A DNA stretch of 64,000 nt from Hormiphora californensis. Taxonomy: Eukaryota > Animalia > Ctenophora. A model generated the notes under the pieces. The model was not told the origin of the DNA and ran no database searches. It saw only the letters and a program-made list of their open reading frames with translations. The stretch covers positions 3,038,001 through 3,102,000 of the forward strand of contig CM035352.1 in assembly GCA_020137815.1 (NCBI GenBank). The letters are read 5' to 3'. The position numbers were made by a program, and so were the translations under genes. Positions 56,001 through 64,000 of this stretch are shown here, piece by piece. Numbering within the stretch: position 1 is the stretch's first letter; each line of letters starts with the position of its first letter.

Positions 56001-59000
56001 GAAATTTCCCCAAATCGCAATTTCTTTACGAGAAAATTTTCTTGAATCGTATTTTCTAAGCGAGAAATTTCCCCGAATCGCAATTTCTCGAAACGTATTT
56101 TCTAAGCGAGAAATTTCCTCGAATCGAAATTTGTTACCGAGAAAATTTTTCTCGAATCGTATTTTCTAACGAGAAATTTCCCCGAATCGCAATTTCTTAC
56201 CGAGAAAATTTTTCTCGAAACGTATTTTCTAAGCGAAAAATTTCCCCGAATCGCCATTTCTTACCGAGAAAATTTTCTTGAATCGTATTTTCTAAGCGAG
56301 AAATTTCTCCGAATCGCAATTTCTTACCGAGAAAATTTTCTCGAATCGTATTTTCTAAGCGAGAAATTTCCTCGCATCGCAATTTCTTACCGAGAAAATT
56401 TTTCTCGAATCGTATTTTCTAAGCGAGAAATTTCCCCGAATCGCAATTTCTTACCGAGAAAATTTTTCTCGAATCGTATTTTCTAAGCGGGAAATTTCCC
56501 CGAATCGCAATTTCTTACCGAGAAAATTTTTCTCGAATCGTATTTTCTAAGCGAGAAATTTCCCCGAATCGCAATTTCTTACCGAGAAAATTTTTCTCGA
56601 ATCGTATTTTCTAAGCGAGAAATTTCCCCGAATCGCAATTTCTTACCGAGAAAATTTTCTTGAATCGAATTTTCTAAGCGAGAAATTTCCCCGAATCGCA
56701 ATTTCTTACCGATAAAATTTTCTCGAATCGTATTTTCTAAGCGAGATATTTCCCCGAATCCCAATTTTTACCGAGAAAATTATCCCGAATCGAAATTAGT
56801 ACCGAGAAAGTGATCTCCAACTGAGAAAATTTTCTCGTAATCGTAACGGTAATCTGAATCAATGATTTCGTTTTTTTAGAATTTCAAAAACGTGTACTTT
56901 TACACACTTTTTTAGTATGTATGTAATTTTAGCAGGAAAATGGACGACAATGGAACTAAAAACGTTCATATTATATAATATGTAGTCGGGACGAATCTCT
57001 CACAAAAAGAAGTGGTTGACTCACTATTTGGTGAAAAGCAAATTCCGGTTGTAACCCACCTATTTTGACCCGCTGAACACGATCCCGTCCATAGGTAAGC
57101 TCGCAAAAGTGAAGAAAATGCCCAAATCGGCCACGCCCTTTTACCTGTATTTTCAGCATGTAGCCAAAAACATAAATCCTCTTAGAATAGGAGTAGAGAC
57201 AAATCTGAGGGCACTAAAGTGATCAGCGCCCTCGCATTAGTGGGGGTAGGTGCTGGAATTAAGTCTCTATCTCATCTGGTTAATTAGATAATTGGATAAT
57301 TAGGTTTGTGCATAACCGTTTTTTGGCTATATGGCTATAGCCACTTAGGAATGGTTTAGAGACTTTTCACTGGCGCCATTTTGTAGGCAATAGCCAAGTT
57401 ATGGGGGGTCGACGTCGGACTTTTAAGCTCTATCTCCAACCGTTTAGCCGTTATTGGGCTTAATCGATGCTCAAAATGAGCGAAAAACGGTAAAAAACTA
57501 AAAAGCCCGATTTTGAGCATCGTTTAAGCCAAATAACGGCTAAACAGTTGGAGATAGAGCTTAAAAGTCCGACGTCGACCCCCCATAACTTGGCTATTGC
57601 CTACAAAATGGCGCCAGTGAAAAGTCTCTAAACCATTCCTAAGTGGCTATAGCCATATAGCCAAAAAACGGTTATTCGCAAACCTAATTATCCAATTATC
57701 TAATTAACCAGATGAGATAAAGACTTAATTCCAGCACCTACCCCCACTAATGCGAGGGCGCTGATCACTTTAGTGCCCTCAGATTTGTCTCTACTCCTAT
57801 TCTAAGAGGATTTATGTTTTTGGCTACAGGCTGAAAATACAGGTAAAAGGGCGTGGCCGATTTGGGCATGTTATTCACTTTTGCGAGCTTACCTATGGAC
57901 GGGATCGTGTTCAGCGGGTCAAAATAGGTGGGTTACAACCGGAATTTGCTTTTCACCAAATAGTGAGTCAAAAAATTAAGATTCGCCCCGACTAATGATA
58001 GATGGTACATGAACATAAACGGAACCCAGCTATGTATTATTTATACTTTTATCAGGCACCCACATCCTTCATTATTTTTTTGTATTTTTTTGTATTGTTT
58101 GTATGGAAAAAAACAGGAATTTCGGATACTTTTATGTATGGTCCGTACAAAACCGTACAAAACCGTACAAAAAAATAGGTTGGAACCCCCCCCATCTCAA
58201 TTGTTATAAATGGTAATGAGCACATGAGCAAACTTTCTCTCTGTATCTCTCTACCTTCTCAATAAATTCACGGAATATCTAAACTACCATTATCATATCT
58301 CTCTCCTTCTACCCTCTCAATAACTGCCTAGATTGTCCTCTCTCTATCTCTCTTAATAAATCCCCTCTCTACCCTCTCACTATAACACACATTACCTGTC
58401 CAGCGGCAATTACAGGTGTCTTTATATCGTAGCTGTAGAGGACCCAGGTCACGAGCATAAAGTCAAGATAAGACCGGTGATTGGGCATAATAAGCAGGGG
58501 AGATTGTTTAGATAATCGAGAGAGAGATGCCATCTGTTCTTTGTCAATCACAACTCGTGTTAATATCTGCTTAAACACCTGTGGGGTTCAACAACTGCTG
58601 GTCATTAGTAGTAGAATTCTAGAGAGAGCTAATAGAGCTGAGTTATGTATTGAGTACAGACATCACACTGCCTTAGTTCTAAATTATGCTCAATAATTGA
58701 TGTTGGTATGCAAATTTCACAGTTACCTTTCTCATTAGCCCACCAATACACCGAAGGACCCCCTCACTGAATTCGTGTCCCATTTCTTCGAGTATTGCCA
58801 TGGCTTCGCAGTTCAACTGATCCGTTGATTTCCCTGTTTCCTTGCATAACATGGAGATAACACGACACACCCTATTAGACTGCAGAACTTCCTCCTTTAT
58901 TTGCATCGGGGCCCTGGGTGGTAACTGATGTTAGGCGGGGGAGGTGAGGAAATAAGGCGAGTGGTAGGAAGTGGGGACTGGGGAGGGGGCCCTGGGTGGT

Positions 59001-61894
59001 AACTGATGTTAGGCGGGGGAGGTGAGGAAATAAGGCGAGTGGTAGGAAGTGGGGACTGGGGAGGGGGCCCTGGGTGGTAACTGATGTTAGGCGGGGGAGG
59101 TGAGGAAATAAGGCGAGTGGTAGGAAGTGGGGACTGGGGAGGGGGCCCTGGGTGGTAACTGATGTTAGGCGGGGGAGGTGAGGATATAAGGCGAGTGGTA
59201 GTAAGTGGGGACTGGGGAGGGGGCCCTGGGAGGTAACTGATGGGCAGGTGCACAGTTGCTCGACAGTCTATTTCTGGCTGCTATTTCTGGCTGCTATTTC
59301 TGGCTGCTTGACCTATTTCTGGCTGCTAAATCTATTTCTGGCTGCAAGCAGCCAGAAATAGATCTTAGCAGCCAGAAACAGATCGTGATCAGAGTTCCCC
59401 GCCAATTGTCTTGCTATAAACAGTGTTTATGGTGGAGGAGACGGTGGAGGCGGAGTACAGGCTGGATGTTGAGGTAGGAAAGGAGCCGGAGACAGGGGAG
59501 GTGGCGGAGGTGGTAGGTATTCAGGGACTGGATGGAAAGGGACAGGCGGAACCGCTAAGACTTCATCCTCAGGTATAGGAGTGGTAGATGCTGGCTGGTG
59601 AGACCGCTGGTCCAGATCGAGTATGGTGTAGTCCTCAGTCGGGCGCTGCTGCTGGTCCTGCTGCTGGACGTGTTGGCGAGGAAGATGGTGGTCGCATAGG
59701 AACTGGTCCACTATGGTTCTCTCGATGTGCGTATTCGGGTCCAGTTTTACGGTCCTCGATACCTCCCGGCAGGCACACAGGTGGAAACGCCTCCGGAGCG
59801 GAGATGTGGGCCTGTTCAGAGGGCATGCCTGAAGCTGGTGTCTTCCCTCCATACAGGGGATACCGAATCACTTCACCGATTCGTCTCCGTATCCCATACC
59901 CAATTAGTTGCAGATACCGAATCACTTCACCGATTCGTCTCCCGTATCCCATACCCAATTAGTTACAGATACCGAATCACTTCACCGATTCGTCTCCCAT
60001 ATCCCATACCCAATTAGCTGCAGATACGGGAGACGAATCGGTGAAGTGATTCGGTATCCCCTGTATGGAGGGAAGACACCAGCTTCAGGCATGCCCTCTG
60101 AACAGGCCCACATCTCCGCTCCGGAGGCGTTTCCACCTGTGTGCCTGCCGGGAGGTATCGAGGACCGTAAAACTGGACCCGAATACGCACATCGAGAGAA
60201 CCATAGTGGACCAGTTCCTATGCGACCACCATCTTCCTCGCCAACACGTCCAGCAGCAGGACCAGCAGCAGCGCCCGACTGAGGACTACACCATACTCGA
60301 TCTGGACCAGCGCTCTCACCAGCCAGCATCTACCACTCCTATACCTGAGGATGAAGTCTTAGCGGTTCCGCCTGTCCCTTTCCATCCAGTCCCTGAATAC
60401 CTACCACCTCCGCCACCTCCCCTGTCTCCGGCTCCTTTCCTACCTCAACATCCAGCCTGTACTCCGCCTCCACCGTCTCCTCCACCATAAACACTGTTTA
60501 TAGCAAGACAATTGGCGGGGAACTCTGATCACGATCTGTTTCTGGCTGCTAAAATCTATTTCTGGCTGCTTGCAGCCAGAAATAGATTTAGCAGCCAGAA
60601 ATAGGTCTAGCAGCCAGAAATAGCAGCCAGAAATAGCAGCCAGAAATAGCAGCCAGAAATAGACTGTCGAGCAACTGAGCACCTGCCAACTGATGTTAGG
60701 CGGGGGAGGTGAGGAAATAAGGCGAGTGGTAGTAAGTGGGGACTGGGGAGGGGGCCCTGGGTGGTAACTTATGTTACTGTTAGGCGGGGGAGGTGAGGAA
60801 ATAAGGCGAGTGGTAGTAAGTGGAGACTGGGGAGGGGCCCTGGGTGGTAACTGATGTTAGGCGGGGGAGGTGAGGAAATAAGGCAACTGGCAAGTGGTAG
60901 GAAGTGGGGACTGGGCCCTGGGTGGTAACTGATGTTAGGTGGGGGAGGTGAGGAAATAAGGCGAGTGGTAGTAAGTGGGGACTGGGGAGGGAGCCCTGGG
61001 TGGTAACTGATGTTAGGCGGGGGAGGTGAGGAAATAAGGCGAGTGGTAGTAAGTGGGGACTGGGGAGGGGGCCCTGGGTGGTAACTGATGTTAGGCGGGG
61101 GAGGTGAGGAAATAAGGCGAGTGGTAGGAAGTGGGGACTGGGGAGGGGGCCCTGGGTGGTAACTGATGTTAGGCGGGGGAGGTGAGGAAATAAGGCGAGT
61201 GGTAGTAAGTGGGGACTGGGGAGGGGGCCCTGGGTGGTAACTGATGTTAGGCGGGGGAGGTGAGGAAATAAGGCGAGTGGTAGGAAGTGGGGACTGGGGA
61301 GGGGGCCTGGGAGGTAACTGATGCTAGGCGGGGGAGGTGAGGAAATAAGGCGAGTGGTAGTAAGTGGGGACTGGGGAGGGGGCCCTGGGAGGTAACTGAT
61401 GTAAGGCGGAGAGGGCAGTAAGTAAAGGGGGCACTTAGTGCAGTGGTAACTGATAATAGGCACTAGGCAGGGGAGGGTCAGGGGTAGTAAGGGGGGACCC
61501 GGGACACTGAGTAATATGAGGGATGATGGAAAGGGAGAGATCAGAATCCTGTTTAAATGGTTCAGTCTACAGTAATATTGTAGAATAAAGGGTCCGTAGT
61601 AGGCAACTTTAATTTATAGACTCATTTCTTCAGACTAAACACGCTTTGCCTTTTTTCCTCCTAACCTATCCGTTTCCTAACCAACAGTTCTAACATTATC
61701 TGTTGACGCAAATTTTGGGCTCTGATTTACTTGTGAGTTGTGTGTTACTACCTGTATCGTAGATATCGGTATCGGGGTGGCCGATAGTCCTTTAGAGCCC
61801 ACTTCAGATCACTCCTATACCCATGTGTCAACAGGTCCTCCTCATCATTTTCAGGGTTGTATGTATTTGTAGATCTCCCATGGTGAAATATCAT
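51640..61894 (-). CDS. GNPAT: Glyceronephosphate (DHAP) O-acyltransferase, peroxisomal, 8 exons
   Basis: [16 protein letters not shown], catalytic [45 protein letters not shown] and C-terminal PTS1 -AKL. Exons approx. 61752-61894, 58726-58913, 58396-58578, 54784-54964, 54347-54637, 54055-54243, 52470-52677, 51640-52219. Confidence 0.93.
52349..52452. mobile_element. 104-bp hAT-like MITE (second, damaged copy ~53955-54050)
   Basis: CAGGAACCGA / TCGGTTCCTG TIR with 8-bp TSD GCACACAC. Confidence 0.82.
52752..53900. repeat. (GA)n followed by degenerate (CT)n low-complexity tract; possibly low-quality consensus
   Basis: Seen directly. Confidence 0.75.
55321..55553. repeat. ~233-bp near-perfect hairpin
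   Basis: TAAAGGAAAACCCAAGCAACAATAGCCC / GGGCTATTGTTGCTTGGGTTTTCCTTTA, ~100-bp arms. Confidence 0.88.
55860..56830. repeat. 64-bp minisatellite built from two ~32-bp related halves
   Basis: GAATCGCAATTTCTTACCGAGAAAATTTTTCTC + GAATCGTATTTTCTAAGCGAGAAATTTCCCC, period 64. Confidence 0.9.
56985..57992. mobile_element. ~1-kb foldback element nested in the composite element
   Basis: ~460-bp near-identical arms (57016-57477 / 57511-57972), ~30-nt loop, outer TA-GTCGGG..CCCGAC-TA. Confidence 0.85.
58910..61405 (-). repeat. 78-bp minisatellite (~14 copies) in GNPAT intron 1, each unit holding branch point plus acceptor
   Basis: Transcribed-strand unit includes CCTAACATCAGTTACCACCCAG|GGCCCC; the terminal copy is the in-frame acceptor at 58914. 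Confidence 0.92.
59243..60687. mobile_element. 1.45-kb foldback element, GGC termini, 8-bp TSD (Merlin-like ends)
   Basis: GGCAGGTGCACAGTTGCTC / GAGCAACTGAGCACCTGCC with TSD AACTGATG. 13-bp CTATTTCTGGCTG subterminal repeats and three ~55-bp central repeats. Confidence 0.9.
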
Positions 61895-62353
61895 GTGTCA
61901 TAACGGGTAGTTATCATCCTAATATAAGTAGAGGATATATATTAAGTGCTTTAGACCAGTGCTGTGTGTGTTATAATAGTGAATTATATCACCACTCAAG
62001 TTGTGTAATAGCAAAGTCGATCTGGGATAGTTTGTTACCATGCCCACCGAGTATAACAGCCCTAAGTAGATACAGGTGTGCATGTGTGCACGTGAGACCA
62101 CCTTTTACCAAGTCTCAATCACCGATTATCTCTGCCTCAATATATAACATCTCTCCTCCTTTCTTTTCGTTTCTAGTCTTTCCTTTAAAGCTTTCATGGC
62201 ACCAATTATCACGCCGCATTTTCCCAACAATGCCGGTAATTTAGTCTGCGGGAAGGGAGTTGGACTAATGACACCAAGTCATCAACTTCCCCGATCCCCA
62301 TTTTTAAATTTTTAGTTGAAGAATGTCTAGCTAAGAATATCCGTTTGCTTCTA

Positions 62354-62935
62354 CCGTGTGGGGCAATAAGAATGCCCCCCCCCCCCCAAGTCTACCATAG
62401 TTCCAGATATCGTGGAGCGCTAAAATTTAGTACAGTAACTCTATGAGACAAATAAATAACTTGACCGATATTTCAGACCTCTACTTCTAGCTCAAAATTC
62501 ATTTTTTTGATCGGAATGAACATTGTCATTCATTCCAGAAAAAAATATTTTCCGGACCAAAATTTAACCAATTATGTTTGGCTCAACGATTCAGCGAGGA
62601 TCACATGACCTGACTAACTTTAAGAAACATGGCTGCAGTGTCTCTTGTGGTGGTCCAATGTAACTGATCTCGGTAACATTGGGAAGCTAATCGATAGCCA
62701 AACATAATTGGTTAAATTTTCGACCGGAAAATATTTTTTCTTGGAATAAATGATAATGTTCATTCCGATCAAAAAAATGAATTTTGAGCTAGAGGTCTGA
62801 AATTTTGGTCAAGTTATTTATTTGTCCCATAGAGTTACTGTACCAAACTTTAGCGCTCCACGATATCGGGAACTATGGCAGACTGGGGGGGGGGCCGGGG
62901 GGGGGGGCATTTTTATTGCCCCACAGTCCACACGG
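62354..62935. mobile_element. ~580-bp foldback MITE related to 36061-37245
   Basis: TA-CCGTGTGG / CCACACGG-TA with ~230-bp arms; the centre shares TGTCTCTTGTGGTGGTCCAAT with ~36650-36672. Confidence 0.82.
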
Positions 62936-62982
62936 TAGTATACTTTTCCATCCAATAAAGTAGAAAATTTCCTTGAACAGGT

Positions 62983-64000
62983 ATGGAAATACAACATTGT
63001 CCACCGAATGGCTCAACTTATGCACCAGTCAACTATCTCTCACCCGTAGAAGAGTGGAGAAAGATCATTTTTTACTTAAATATACCTTGCGGAGTCATCG
63101 GTATAGCTCTGAACGCTCTCTGTCTGGTCTACTTCCTGAAGCACCAACGGAAAGGGATTGGTGACCAAATGGTTATGGGACTTTGCTTCTCTGACGTAAC
63201 GATTTGCTTGGATACATTGAGTTTACTGGCGTATCCATGGAAGCCAAATGATTTAAAACTAGGTTTTAAAATTTTATACTGCCTTTTTCCAGGATTCGTA
63301 ATGGTCAACATTATCATTCTCTATGGTCTATGGTTTCTTCGCACATTTTCCATCCTACGGCCAATGGTGAGGCTGAAACCAGCACGGATCAGGATTATCA
63401 TTTCCGGAATGGTTATCGTGGCATTCATTGGCTCTTTTTTATCAGCCTACTTCATGCAAATGGACTGGTACTATGGTCTATTTTACGGAAAACCAATGCC
63501 AGAATGGACCTTGAAGTTTACAATCAACTCTAAAAAAGTATCCATTCTAATATTATCAGTTACTGGTATCGTTGTTGTAGTCCTGAGTCTAAAATCCATA
63601 GCAACGCTAACAAAAAACATCTCACAGTTGGAATTAGCTAGGGACTCTGAGAACAAAAGGCATGCCGCAGTTACGGTGTTAATTATCTTATCAGTCCAAT
63701 TAGTTACAATGTTGATACTTTATGGTGTCGACATTTACTTTTTAATAACAATGACAAAATTTGAACCATGTGACATTGAAGGCGATGAACGGTATGTTTA
63801 TGTAAGCCTGGATGAAAGGCAGTACAAGCTTCTTAAAGTGGTTTTGTTTCATGTTAATTCAAAGTACTTTAACATCTGTTTCAAATCCAATCATCCATAT
63901 TTCAAGAAACCGAAGATTGAATATGTGGGTGAGAGGGAAGTTCTGTTGTACCAATTCGGTCACGACTACTAGAAGCAATACCGCAGCGATTAACGAAACT
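62983..64000 (+). CDS. Intronless rhodopsin-like (class A) GPCR, frameshifted before TM7
   Basis: TM1 GIALN, TM2 LCFSD, TM3 LRTFSILRP and six hydrophobic segments. A TM7-like SVSNPIIH lies in the +1 frame at ~63875-63898, which stays open to the window end. Confidence 0.72.

Larger units (their letters stand above)
55116..58193. mobile_element. 3.1-kb composite TIR element with poly-G/poly-C ends in a GNPAT intron
   Basis: GGGGGGGGTTCCAACCTATTT / AAATAGGTTGGAACCCCCCCC with TSD ATCTCAAT (8 bp, or 9 if the terminal C is counted). Contains two palindromes and a satellite. Confidence 0.85.

Overview
Eukaryotic, gene-dense animal DNA with short spliceosomal introns. The style suggests a compact invertebrate genome, possibly a ctenophore, but that is inference. 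Intron-containing genes reconstructed by hand: MADBUB/BUB1 (runs off the left edge), MCM2, headcase (HECA), RPL5, RPL23A, COG7, a Dpy-30/RIIa-domain C8orf34-like gene, a Y-box protein, BUD13 and GNPAT. There is also an intronless rhodopsin-like GPCR. Three patterns stand out. (1) Roughly 15 kb consists of non-coding foldback DNA elements of 0.2-4.5 kb. They come from several transposon superfamilies (TA, 4-, 5- and 8-bp target duplications) and many sit in introns. Where a family has two copies, the two arms of each copy share substitutions that the other copy lacks, implying arm-to-arm homogenisation. (2) Most start codons lie within about 12 nt of a 3' splice acceptor, and COG7-RPL23A-RPL5 are co-oriented with 297- and 157-bp gaps, suggesting trans-spliced operons. 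(3) Several intronic minisatellites are tandem amplifications of the branch point/acceptor region itself. Also present: a young gag-only LTR element, two non-LTR fragments and nested transposon stacks.
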